From a virus, in the IMG/VR virus record IMGVR_UViG_3300027736_000041, positions 8,075 through 72,074 of that record: a stretch of 64,000 nucleotides of DNA; one strand, given 5' to 3'. Numbering within the stretch: position 1 is the first letter of the stretch; every line of letters begins with the position of its first letter. Of this stretch, positions 27,401-37,000 are shown piece by piece. Made by a program: the position numbers and the translations under genes. The notes beneath the pieces are model-generated. The model ran no database searches, was not told the origin of the DNA, and saw nothing but the letters and a program-made list of their open reading frames with translations.

Positions 27401-28611
27401 TTGTTGCGGTTGACCCAACTGGCAGGTTTGCTTTTGTGACGAATAATGGTACCACCACCATACAGTCCTATACCATCGATCAAACCACCGGAGCATTGAC
27501 CTCGGTAGGCACGACAGCAACGGGGTCAAGTCCTTATGCTGTTGCGGTTGATCCAACTGGCAGGTTTGCTTTTGTGGTGAATAATGGTACCACCACCATA
27601 CAGGCATATACCATCAATCAATCCACCGGAGCATTGACCTCAGTAGGTGCGGTAGCAACGGGGACAAACCCTCAATTTGTTGCGGTTGACCCTACCGGAA
27701 GATTTGCTTTTGTGACGAATTTTAATGCCACCACGGTACAAGCCTATACCATCAATCAATCTACCGGAGCATTGATCTCGGTAGGTACGGCAGCAACCGG
27801 CAGTGGACCCACTGGTGTTGCGGTTGACCCAACTGGCAGATTTGTTTTTGTGACGAATTATACTAGCACTACGGTACAAGCCTATACCATTAATCAATCC
27901 ACCGGAGCATTGACCTCGGTAGGGGCGGTAGCAACGGGAACAACTCCTTATGCTGTTGCGGTTGATCCAACTGGCAGATTTGTTGTTGTTGCGAATTATG
28001 GTAGCACTACGGTGCAAGCCTATACCATTAATCAATCTACTGGAGCATTGACCTCGGTAGGCACGGCAGCAACGGGGAACAATCCTCAGGGTGTTGCGGT
28101 TGATCCAACTGGCAGATTTGTTTTTGTGACGAATAGTGCTAGCACCACCGTTCAAGCCTATACCATCAATCAATCTACCGGAGCATTGACCTCGGTAGGC
28201 ACGGCAGCAACTGGGTCAAATCCGTCTGCTGTTGCGGTTGATCCTACTGGCAAGTTTGTTTTTGTGTCAAATTATGGCAGCACCACCGTGCAGGCCTTCC
28301 GAATTAATAATTTTGCCGCGACCGGAACACTCTTCTCTCAGGTCACCTCGATCACTGCCGCAACGACACTCGACTCCACACACGGAGTTGTCCTTTGCGG
28401 AGGAACCACATCCTATCAGGTCACCCTTCCCACCGCCGTAGGAATTACTGGGCGGCAATATCAAATAAAGAAGAACAGCACTTCTGCCTATACCTTGACT
28501 ATCGGCACCACTTCCTCACAGACTATTGATGGAGTGACCTCACTCGTATTGACAACGCAGTATAATAATATTGTAGTTATTTCTGATGGCGCAAATTGGA
28601 GTATTTTGTAA
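24400..28611 (+). CDS. adhesin/receptor-binding protein with three 7-bladed beta-propellers (paralog of 14474..19771)
   Basis: 21 blade repeats, same linkers and same C-terminal ISDGANW domain; different N-terminus beginning MAIKSL. Confidence 0.8.
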   Translation: MAIKSLKGLGSKPSAVADTGTALTVSTPLTASSGATITGSALTASNGFIVAGGANIAGGLTVTSGSLSAPGGLSTTALSTPTLYPSGLTGAVAASRWVGGTVSGAPTSGTFAVGDYVVSQNGSFYVCQVAGTPGTWQQAGGSTFAGPLVVGTGRTQSIQTAADIQGQLRASQYIIGNPVSGSSITYGAVTSNNLLPPPTFHGGTGVLTSVGTAATGNGANSVATDPTGRFAFVANSNGNTVQAYTVNQSTGALTSVGAVATGTYPQGNAVDPTGRFLFVTNFNGNTVQTYTINQSTGALTSVGTAATGTNPYNVAVDPTGRFVFVPNFNGATVQAYTINQSTGALTSVGTAATGTQPRGVAVDPTSRFLFVTNAFNGAGGNTVQTYTINQSTGALTSVGTTATGALPVNVAVDPTGRFVFVTNYSGSTVQAYTIDQSTGILTSVGALSTGANPTSVAVDPTGRFAFVVNSTDGTGMIYTINQFTGALIFIGSVTTGSSPNYVAVDPTGRFVFVSNYSSTTVQAFRINNFAANSGTFQDQLTIGTGNIVSTLAPSAVYVSGQLRAPQHIIGNPVSGSSITYGAATSNNLLPPPTFHGGTGVLTSVGAVATAYGLGVAIDPTGRFAFVTNTSGDTVQAYTINQSTGALTSVGTAATGTNPRGVAADPTGRFAFVTSYSNTVQAYTINQSTGALTSVGAVATGSGPQGVAIDSTGRFAFVTSQSGDTVQAYTINQSTGALTSVGTAATGSMPYGVAVDPTGRFAFVTNNNASTVQAYAINQSTGALTSVGAVATGTNPLGVAVDPTGRFAFVANFGVSTVQAYTINQSTGALTSVGTAATGTYPRGVAVDPTGRFVFVTNNSSATVQTYTINQSTGALTSVGAVATGSGPEIIAVDPTGRFVFLTNYGSTTVQAYRINNFAANSGTFQDQLIIGSGRSSSVQASLDVSGQLRAPQYIIGNPVSGSSITYGASTSNNLLPPPTFHGGTGSLTSVGTAATGTNPQFVAVDPTGRFAFVTNNGTTTIQSYTIDQTTGALTSVGTTATGSSPYAVAVDPTGRFAFVVNNGTTTIQAYTINQSTGALTSVGAVATGTNPQFVAVDPTGRFAFVTNFNATTVQAYTINQSTGALISVGTAATGSGPTGVAVDPTGRFVFVTNYTSTTVQAYTINQSTGALTSVGAVATGTTPYAVAVDPTGRFVVVANYGSTTVQAYTINQSTGALTSVGTAATGNNPQGVAVDPTGRFVFVTNSASTTVQAYTINQSTGALTSVGTAATGSNPSAVAVDPTGKFVFVSNYGSTTVQAFRINNFAATGTLFSQVTSITAATTLDSTHGVVLCGGTTSYQVTLPTAVGITGRQYQIKKNSTSAYTLTIGTTSSQTIDGVTSLVLTTQYNNIVVISDGANWSIL
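25012..28314 (+). repeat. 138-bp blade repeats (3 x 7)
   Basis: Same DNA consensus as 14939-19405. Confidence 0.95.
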
Positions 28612-29111
28612 TGAGTTTTTTGACGGATAGGCCATTTTTGCTCGGAACATCACTTCTGGCATCTGCTTCAGCCTCGGTGACTTTTTCTAATATTCCCGCC
28701 AGTATTAACAATTTGGTTTGTCACTACACAGCTAAATCCACTGGAGGTCAGCCAACATACGATTTGTTGGGAATACGATTTAACGGATCATCGGCGGTTG
28801 CATACTATAGTACACAAGATGCCGGATTAAATGCAGAAGGAAGAATCGCAATTATTCCTCCAAGTGGAATTTTTCCCACAGGTCAGCAAGGTGCTGGAAC
28901 ATTTCATATTTATGATATTCAGAATACTGCTAGAGCCAAAGTTGCTTCAGCATTATATATTAATCAATATAGCACAACAGTGAGAAATTTAAACGCAGCG
29001 TTTTACGGTGCTGTGTGGGAAAATACTGCAGCAATTACTTCTGTTACTTTTCTTGGAGTTATAGCAACTTTAGAAGCCGGAACTATATTTAAATTATATG
29101 GATATCCATAA
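28611..29111 (+). CDS. small fibre-associated protein (paralog of 19771..20280)
   Basis: TAATG coupling; shared motifs with the paralog. Confidence 0.75.
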   Translation: MSFLTDRPFLLGTSLLASASASVTFSNIPASINNLVCHYTAKSTGGQPTYDLLGIRFNGSSAVAYYSTQDAGLNAEGRIAIIPPSGIFPTGQQGAGTFHIYDIQNTARAKVASALYINQYSTTVRNLNAAFYGAVWENTAAITSVTFLGVIATLEAGTIFKLYGYP

Positions 29112-29121
29112 GGAAAAAATG

Positions 29122-29586
29122 ATGAGTAATACTGAATCGCCAGAAGTCACAACACCCGAGATAGTTCCCTTGACTGCAGAGGAAATTGCCCAAGCAGTCT
29201 TGGCTGCACAGGAAGCCGAGAGGATTGCCAAGGAGGAGGCAGCAGTCTTGGCTGCACAGAAGAGAGCGGCGGCAATTTTGGCGGCAAAGAAAAAGGCATT
29301 GGCCGATGGCATCGCCGCAGGAAAGCCAATCAAGATCGAAGTCAATTGCGAAACCGGAGAGGAAATCGTAAGCCTTTTGACGAATGAGGAAGTGTCTGTT
29401 CGGGAAGTCGAAGTGGCACGGAATCTTGCGGAGCGTCAAGTCACCGAAGCAAAAAAGGCGCAAGAAGAAGAAGAAAGACAAGCCCTCCTCGCATGGATTT
29501 CTTCCCAGAACTCATTGCCACAAGCCGCCAAGAATGCCTTGGCTAGAGCAGCGGGAATTGATACAACCACATCATCTGCACCATAA
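29122..29586 (+). CDS. coiled-coil protein, putative fibre assembly chaperone
   Basis: IEVNCETGEE..LT.EE followed by E/A-rich helices; RBS AAGGA. Confidence 0.6.
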   Translation: MSNTESPEVTTPEIVPLTAEEIAQAVLAAQEAERIAKEEAAVLAAQKRAAAILAAKKKALADGIAAGKPIKIEVNCETGEEIVSLLTNEEVSVREVEVARNLAERQVTEAKKAQEEEERQALLAWISSQNSLPQAAKNALARAAGIDTTTSSAP

Positions 29587-29628
29587 AATGATAGAATACA
29601 AAAGTATTTGTTTGAGATAGGAATAAAC

Positions 29629-30069
29629 ATGGCCGGTGAAATTGCCCTGAAGAAATTGTATGCAAATCATCCCGATAAATATATCGTGGATGACATGCAA
29701 GAGGCACAGAGAAGATTTTATCTTCCCAAGACACTCATTGTCATTCCTGTTTGGGATAAATTGCTTACTGCAGATGGAGTCATCAATCTTACAAGTGAAA
29801 CATTTGAATTATCGGGACGAAATCAATTTGCACTTGAAATAACAGTGGCAGGAGCGATGAGCGCAGGGTCTGTACGTATGGAAGCATCAATCACTGGCTC
29901 TGCATGGACACCCGTTACAAACTCTACCACTTCTCTTATTATGACAAACACCTCAGCATTCGCCTATTGGAACACGAGTTACCCATATAGATACCATAGA
30001 TTAATATTTGCTACTGCACTTGCTGGCGGCACGTCGGCAACAATTACATTGGCTGCTATTGCAGGATAA
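29629..30069 (+). CDS. hypothetical structural protein
   Basis: ATG 29629 with RBS AGGA; beta-rich. Confidence 0.65.
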   Translation: MAGEIALKKLYANHPDKYIVDDMQEAQRRFYLPKTLIVIPVWDKLLTADGVINLTSETFELSGRNQFALEITVAGAMSAGSVRMEASITGSAWTPVTNSTTSLIMTNTSAFAYWNTSYPYRYHRLIFATALAGGTSATITLAAIAG

Positions 30070-30077
30070 GGAGAAAC

Positions 30078-30404
30078 ATGATGCCCCCACGTAGTGTCGC
30101 AGGTCAGGATATCGCAACTCAAAACTCAGCAAATCCCCTTGCTGTTCTCGGTGGAGAAACAGGTATTGAGGACAATACCGCAGTCGTCGAGCCAGCAGAG
30201 CCAGTTGTGGAAGCACAACCTCCTGTTGCGGTAGTGTCCGCAGAAGAAGAAGTGTCGTTTGCAGACGTATGGGTGAAGTCTGTGCGCAATCAATACAACC
30301 ATACACTTATTGATACATTCTTGTTTGAATGCAAGAGAAACGGATGGATTTCGAATACCCCTTCTGGATGGCTAAAGCGTTTTACAAGGTGGTGTGAAGA
30401 ATAA
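30078..30404 (+). CDS. hypothetical protein preceding tail sheath
   Basis: RBS AAGGAG. Confidence 0.65.
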   Translation: MMPPRSVAGQDIATQNSANPLAVLGGETGIEDNTAVVEPAEPVVEAQPPVAVVSAEEEVSFADVWVKSVRNQYNHTLIDTFLFECKRNGWISNTPSGWLKRFTRWCEE

Positions 30405-30465
30405 AGGCAAATGAGAAAATAAAGACAACATGTACGCAATTGCGCAGAAGAAGGAGTAGCAATCA

Positions 30466-32187
30466 ATGCCTGTAGGATTTCGCGGAGCAGTGTTAGTAGC
30501 GCCCGGAGTGGCGTCTTATATCGATGATTCTCAAGCGGCCGCTGCTGTAGCTCCAAGCCTGCAGTCAGTTGCCATCGTGGGAGAAGCAGAGCGGGGACAA
30601 CCCAACACAGCCATTGCATTCAATGATGCTGCAACAGCAAATGCGGTCTTTGGCAGTGGAGGCACGGCAACACCATTGATTGATGGAATTGTGCGTGCAT
30701 TGGCGGCAGGTGCAGGGACAGTGTTTGCAGTGCGTGTTGGAGCGGCAACACAATCTACTGCTGCGATCACATCATCTGCCACGACAGCGATTACCCTCAA
30801 GGCCAATGAATGGGGCACATTGTCCAATACGTGGTCCGTCAAGATCGCCAACGGAAGTGCCATCGGAAAGAAAGCAACACTAATCACGCACAGCGGAACA
30901 GAATATGTTGTTGACAATGTACAAAAAAACCTTATCCAGATCATTGGAACCGCAAACACTGGATCAGGATCCGTAACTATTTCTGCAACAAGTGTCTCGT
31001 TAACATGGGGGTCACCGGGCACGGCAGTCGAATATACATTTGCAGCATATCCACGACTGAATAATCTTATCTCCGCCATCAATAATGGCGGAGCGTTTGT
31101 CGCGTCCCTAACCACTGCCGCATCTGCTGCTGGAAGGCAAGCAAGCAATACATTAGACGCAGTGACTACAGTGGCTATTCTTGCCAGTGACGGTACAAAT
31201 GCAGCAACGTTGCTGACTGGCAATGGAAAAGCCATGGTTGATGCGCTTAATGGCGAGATTACAGGCAACCTGCTGACGGCAACATTTGTGGCGAATACGG
31301 GAGCCCTGACTAATGGAACGTATGTGTTCAGTGGAGCGGTGTCTGGATTAACGTCCGGAGCTACAACTACTGCTGATTGGGCTACGGCTTTCACGGCGCT
31401 GGAAAATGTGAGAAGTTCAGTAGTCGTACCCATGACTTCAAGTCCAACAAAGCAGGCAACTGCATTCGCGCATGCCAAGAGCATGAGTTTGCCGCAAAAC
31501 AGTTCCGAAAGAATTGCTGTTATCGGTGGAGATATTGGACAGACCGTAGCACAAGCAAAGACCCTTGCGGCCGCCTACAACGACAAGCGTGCGGTTGTTG
31601 TATGGCCCGGTATCAAGGATTATAACGCGGACGGAGACTTGGTTACACTTCCCCCATATTATCTTGCCGCACAGATTGGCGGAATGTTGGCTGGACAAAC
31701 CGATCAGGCCGAGCCGATGACCAACAAGCCAGTGAGCCTGTACGGACTGGAGACTATTGCGTCTCGGGCAGATATCGATAATCTCCTCAATGGCGGAGTA
31801 TTCACGATCAAGAGTGATCCAAACAGGGGATTTCTTGTGGTGCAGTCGCTGACGACATGGACCGGAGATTTGAAGTTTGCACGACGGGAAATCAGTACCG
31901 TTCGGGCTGCTGATCAGACGGTGCGAATTGTGCGGGAGTCTGTTGCAGAATTCATTGGAAACAAATCCACAACTCGTCTGCTACAAGTCATTACCATGAA
32001 AGTCAATGAAGCGTTACGTTTTTGTGCGAGTCGCGGATTAATTGTGGATGATCCAGCAAAACCAGCATTATATCCTGCGTTTAAGGATGTCATTATTCGA
32101 CCGATTGGCGATGCATACTATATTGATTTTTCAATTTCTCCCGCAAAACCACTGAACTACTTGCTTATCACTGCGTATGTAAACTAA
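30466..32187 (+). CDS. tail sheath protein (contractile tail)
   Basis: PGVASYID, VAIVGEAERG.PN, P.YLAAQIGG...EPMTNK, REISTVRAAD and ISPAKPLNYLLIT sheath motifs. Confidence 0.92.
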   Translation: MPVGFRGAVLVAPGVASYIDDSQAAAAVAPSLQSVAIVGEAERGQPNTAIAFNDAATANAVFGSGGTATPLIDGIVRALAAGAGTVFAVRVGAATQSTAAITSSATTAITLKANEWGTLSNTWSVKIANGSAIGKKATLITHSGTEYVVDNVQKNLIQIIGTANTGSGSVTISATSVSLTWGSPGTAVEYTFAAYPRLNNLISAINNGGAFVASLTTAASAAGRQASNTLDAVTTVAILASDGTNAATLLTGNGKAMVDALNGEITGNLLTATFVANTGALTNGTYVFSGAVSGLTSGATTTADWATAFTALENVRSSVVVPMTSSPTKQATAFAHAKSMSLPQNSSERIAVIGGDIGQTVAQAKTLAAAYNDKRAVVVWPGIKDYNADGDLVTLPPYYLAAQIGGMLAGQTDQAEPMTNKPVSLYGLETIASRADIDNLLNGGVFTIKSDPNRGFLVVQSLTTWTGDLKFARREISTVRAADQTVRIVRESVAEFIGNKSTTRLLQVITMKVNEALRFCASRGLIVDDPAKPALYPAFKDVIIRPIGDAYYIDFSISPAKPLNYLLITAYVN

Positions 32188-32214
32188 TAATAAAAACAAA
32201 AAAGGAGAAAAAGT

Positions 32215-32868
32215 ATGCCAAGTCAAGCAACTGTAGAGGCGCCAACATTAACGGGATCCAACGTTCTTGTTGGCGGAAAAGTATTGATCATGATGGACGG
32301 ATATGTAGTCGGATTTGCGAATAGCGCTCAATGTTCTGACTCATACAATTTGGTTCCTGTTCATATTATTGGGCAACTCCAAGCAATTGAAATGGTTCCG
32401 ACCAATGCGACGCATTCTATTACCTTATCACTCATGGTAATGAGGAATGACGGTCTCACGAGGCATAACTTGGAGCCGGTTGGTGCTGGTAGTTACGGAT
32501 ATCTTGCTGATGGAAAGAACATTGGGGAAATTACGGGACTCAAATCAAGTTTTGGAGTGGACACGGAAAATGACCGGCAAGACCGGATCAAGACATCTAG
32601 CAAGCAGGGTGATGGGGGTGAATTGATGGCTCTTGATGGCAAGGCATTCAATATTGCCATTATTGATGCCAAGACTGGAAAAGCTGTTGTTGAATATGTC
32701 AGGTGCTATTTTGCGCAAGGATCGTTCACTGTTTCTGCCAATCAGGTCATTGGGCATTCAGTCACATTCTTGGCATTGGACAAGCGTGGCCAGTGGGATG
32801 GAGAATCGGACAAGAACAATGCGGGCACCAATATGGCGGCGTTCCCCACCTCAATACCCGCAACATAA
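32215..32868 (+). CDS. tail tube protein
   Basis: Directly after sheath; VGFANS...Y.L.PVHIIGQ....E.VP motif. Confidence 0.8.
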   Translation: MPSQATVEAPTLTGSNVLVGGKVLIMMDGYVVGFANSAQCSDSYNLVPVHIIGQLQAIEMVPTNATHSITLSLMVMRNDGLTRHNLEPVGAGSYGYLADGKNIGEITGLKSSFGVDTENDRQDRIKTSSKQGDGGELMALDGKAFNIAIIDAKTGKAVVEYVRCYFAQGSFTVSANQVIGHSVTFLALDKRGQWDGESDKNNAGTNMAAFPTSIPAT

Positions 32869-32919
32869 GCCCATTTCATACAATTTACTTTACACAATGA
32901 TCTGAATACTGGTATACTG

Positions 32920-32959
32920 TACGGCGTGAGGAAGTCATTCTCACGCCGTATTAGTTTTT
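32920..32959 (+). terminator. intrinsic terminator after tail tube
   Basis: Perfect 11-bp stem TACGGCGTGAG/CTCACGCCGTA followed by TTAGTTTTT. Confidence 0.65.
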
Positions 32960-32972
32960 CAAGGAGAAATGA

Positions 32973-33413
32973 ATGGTTACCAAGGCGGAAAAAGAAGCAT
33001 TTGAGGCAAATGCTGATACCCTTACCGAAGCGGTTGAAGCAGCAAAGATTCCTCCGCGCATCAAGCCCGTTGGAGATGCCAAGACCTACGATCCTACAAG
33101 GCCATTCGAGATTGATGGGCCAGCAGGAAAGATCGGCGTCGTGCGCGGACACATGAATTTGCAGAGACTTGCAGGACGAGCAGTAGCCACTTCTTTGCAG
33201 GGATTGAGCGTTGATCAACGCACGTATGAAATGACGTGGATGTCTGTCATGCTTCAATTTGTCACGCAATCACCGGGATATCTCCCTAGTTATTGCGACG
33301 GAAACATTGATACGTTCATTGAGAACATTTACGAATTTGAAGACTTAGCGTATTACTACCGGGAATGGGAGAACTGGCGAAACTCGTTTCGTGCAGCACG
33401 AACAGTTTCGTAA
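32973..33413 (+). CDS. tail assembly chaperone (G-like)
   Basis: Between tube and tape measure; RBS AAGGAG. Confidence 0.65.
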   Translation: MVTKAEKEAFEANADTLTEAVEAAKIPPRIKPVGDAKTYDPTRPFEIDGPAGKIGVVRGHMNLQRLAGRAVATSLQGLSVDQRTYEMTWMSVMLQFVTQSPGYLPSYCDGNIDTFIENIYEFEDLAYYYREWENWRNSFRAARTVS

Positions 33414-34005
33414 ACAAAGTCTTCAAAAACGCGCATTAAATGAACTGTATCAATCAGAAATACTTGAATGGTACAGAAACCAATATAACATTCCTCTTCA
33501 GGAATTTTATACCCAAAACATTGACGAAGATATTGCGTTTATCGATTTTTATCGTCGTCAGTATTGGAATGAGATTCGTTACGGCGTTCGCACATGGGGC
33601 GACAACGACAACGAACTCAAGATGCCTTCATTCTCGTTGTTCCGGCCATTTGGCGGAGCGTTACCTGTTGCCAATGGATTTGGATTGGATAACTCCTATA
33701 CGGTAAAGAACGAGCATTATCAACCTAAAGCGCAGCCTTTGGAAGAAAATACGGATTATGAACCATCTCCCGAAAAAGTGGAGGATGGTTATACTTATAT
33801 AAAAGCCAAGAATATTCCACAAGAACTAAAAGGCGCAGATAGGTTGCGTAGCGTTGAAAATTGGTCGAGTGTCAACGAAACATATGAAACGGATAATTTC
33901 AAGGAAATGGTAGAGATGTCTCAAAATACTGATAATTTTTGGGAATTGCTAGAAAGCATTACCTTGGAAAATTCCGGATCATCTAAAGAGGAGGGAGATG
34001 AATAA
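33391..34005 (+). CDS. tail assembly chaperone C-terminal part (T-like), probably reached by +1 frameshift
   Basis: Overlaps the upstream ORF in the +1 frame at TTT-CGT; no well-placed RBS; directly precedes the tape measure. Confidence 0.6.
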   Translation: MQHEQFRKQSLQKRALNELYQSEILEWYRNQYNIPLQEFYTQNIDEDIAFIDFYRRQYWNEIRYGVRTWGDNDNELKMPSFSLFRPFGGALPVANGFGLDNSYTVKNEHYQPKAQPLEENTDYEPSPEKVEDGYTYIKAKNIPQELKGADRLRSVENWSSVNETYETDNFKEMVEMSQNTDNFWELLESITLENSGSSKEEGDE

Positions 34006-37000
34006 ATGACTAGTTCTTACACTCCCGCCGATTTTGAAAGAGCAATTGCAGAGGGATTAAAAAAAGGTGTTACAGAAGTAACAACTACACTTATTCCTGC
34101 CCAAGACAAATTAGACAAGTCAATAGCAGAACTTGGTAAAGAAGTCACTGCTCTTAACACTGCGGTAGCAGGCATTCCAGCGCAATTAACTGCTATAGCC
34201 ACCTCTCTTGGCAACATGACGAAAGCATTTACTGATTTTAAAGATGGAGCTGCTGATCTAGCAAAGACACTCAGCACGGGTGCCCCTACCAATTTGGCAA
34301 CACAGATTGCTGCGGGAATTGCGGCCTCAATTGTTGCTTTGCAGGCTACCTTAAAAGCAGAGATGGCTACTGCCGTAAAAGACGGCATTGATGGAGGAAT
34401 TGCTGCAAGCGGCGGCGGAGGCGGCGGAGGAGGCGGCGGAGGCGGCGGCGGAGGAGGCGGAGACCCAACTCGCGGGTATAGAAACCAGCCACAGCACGAA
34501 GGCATAATGCACAACATAGGCCAGCAATTCATGTGGCAAGGAACTCATTTGCTCGAAGGTGGATTGAAAGCCTTTGCTCCCAGTGGTCTTGATTATCGCC
34601 AACAAGCGGAACAGCAGGGCGCATCACTTGGTTCATTGTATCGTCAACAACAACGCACGTGGTCAGATTCTACAAGTACAGGTGAGTTCAAGACAAATAC
34701 GCTAGGCATTGGAAAATATAATGGAGAAACCTTAGCAGGTGTAACTGATGAGGATCGATTCAGGTCTTTGAATGTTTCAACAAGATTTGCCGGAAGCTCA
34801 AGATTGACGCAAAAACAGATATCAGATCAAGCCGATACATCGGTAAAGTCGGCATTTGCACTGGGTCTTGATCGAACAAACTATTCGGCAACATTGGAAA
34901 GTTTTGGTCGGGCAGGCGCGGTTGGCGGAGAAACAACAAGAACCGGCTCCGGTAGTGCCATGACCGCAGCAAACAGCGGCAATTTCAAACAGGATCAAAA
35001 AGAATTTGCACTTACCATTGCTGAGGCATTGGCAAATGGAAAATTATTTGATCGCATGGACGAAGTCATGAAAAGCATGGCTGGCATGGCAGATATGGTT
35101 GGAGGTCGCATGGGCGATCTTGATCCGCAAAAATTGGCATCTGCATTTGCCGAAGCTAATAAGGCCGCCGCTGGAGATCCCCGATTGCAAGAAGCCGTAC
35201 CCGGCTTATTCGGCAAAGTCGATCAACAAATGTCAACCATGGTTCGTGATCCAATGTTAGTGGCCGGATATGCCAAAAGCGACGCAGGAAAAGGACGAGG
35301 CGGCGCGGACATGCTCTATAACATTCAAAAGACACTTGAAGGAGGAGATGTTCTTGCAAAATTTGACATGATGGGAAGCGAGTTCAAGACTCGCACTGGA
35401 TTGACAGCTAACAAATCAACCATGGATGAACTAGATAAAATCACAGGATTAAAGGGCGAAGAAAGACGAAAGGCCATAGAAACAAGTGCAATTTTCGGCG
35501 TTGAAGGTGTAGGCGAAGCAGGCGTTGGAAGAGCCCAAGTCGCACTGATGTCAATGAAAGATCGTTATGGTCTTAGTTCGCTTAATGAAACTCGCGGAGC
35601 ATTAAGTCTTTCAGATTTGAAAGTATCAGGTTCAAAACTTACTGATGAGCAAAAAAGTGAAATACAAAAGCTGAAATCAACATCAAATCAGGTACAAACA
35701 GCGGTTATTATGGGGACAGAAAAAGCTGAAGATATTCAAAAATTGATGCAAAAAGAGTATGGAAATTTAAAAAATACCGCTCTAGATGCCTTTATTAATG
35801 AAGATGTGTCAAAACTGAAAACACCAGATGATATTGCCGACTATAAAAAGAGAGCCATTGCCACAGTCAGTACATATGACCAAACGGGAGGAGGTACAGG
35901 AGGTGTTGGGGGACCACAAGGAGGAAAAGACGGCAAGGGCGGGTTGCCTGATTTTGAAAAATTGACAGTTTCTAGCCAAGCATTGTTAGACTCACAAATA
36001 AAACTTGCGACTGCAACGGATAAAGTTGCTACAGGAATGGACGCTTTTAACATTTGGATGAACAAGTTGTTGGCCAATAATCCAACAATCGCCGGAATGG
36101 TGGCAAGTCCTGTCGGACAAGGGATAGTTTCAGGACTGGCGATTGCCGGAACCACCGCCGGAGTAATGGGCGTGGGAAAATACTTTCAACACGGAGGTGA
36201 ATCAGCAACAAAGCCACATATAGAGGCTTTGGATGACGCTATCGAGAAAATCAAAGCCAACCCGACTGGTTTACCGCAACAGGACATTGATACAGCAATT
36301 GCGGAAGCGAGAAAGAAGGCGGCACCAAAAATTACCTCTGCAAGAAGATGGGGAAAAGGGAAAGCCGCCGGAGTAATCGCTGTCGGTGCTCTTGCTGTGG
36401 CCGGTGTCGCCGCAGCGATAAATCCAGCAGCTTTTGGATTTGCTGGAGGAGGAGGAGACGTTGGTACTGATGAAGACTACGAAGAAGAGGATGAGGGAAG
36501 AGGCGGGGGACTAGACACCAATATACAGCAATCAAGTGTAGGAGTACCCACAGGTCCAGCGAGGACGGCAGGAACGCCCTCAGGCGCATCTACGACAAAA
36601 CTAGGGGAGGATATTGCAAACTCAACCGGCACAGCAAGTACCGCTGTCGATGTAATTGAAATGGGATTGGCTGGTGCCAGTAAACTGGGCCTAAAGGGCG
36701 CAGGTGCAGTAGCATCCAAATTTGCCAAGTTCATTCCGGGCATAGGCGGAATCATCGACGCGGTCGGTTCAAATAGCGAAGACATTGCCAAGGGATGGGA
36801 AAATTACCAGAAAACAGGAGAGATTTTTACGCGCGATAATGCGCGAACCCTGTTGTCCACTGGCGCAGGCGCATTGGCAAGTGGTGCATTGAGCCTGATC
36901 CCCGGTGTTGGTGCTATTGCGCAAGGATTATTTGGCTCTACAGCGTCAGACCTTGCCTCGTCTGGCGTAAAGGGAATGTTCGATGCGCTCGTGCCGGGAT

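Noticed and set aside
15227-28173. Many minus-strand ORFs (MINGIGLY...) and other antisense ORFs such as 5391..6269 and 30531..31484
   Set aside because: Shadows of repetitive or biased + strand coding sequence; no RBS or independent motifs.
14939-28314. Regular repeats with variable inserts as a CRISPR array
   Set aside because: Period 138 bp, in frame within long ORFs, variable parts only 6-15 nt, degenerate at synonymous sites; no cas genes.
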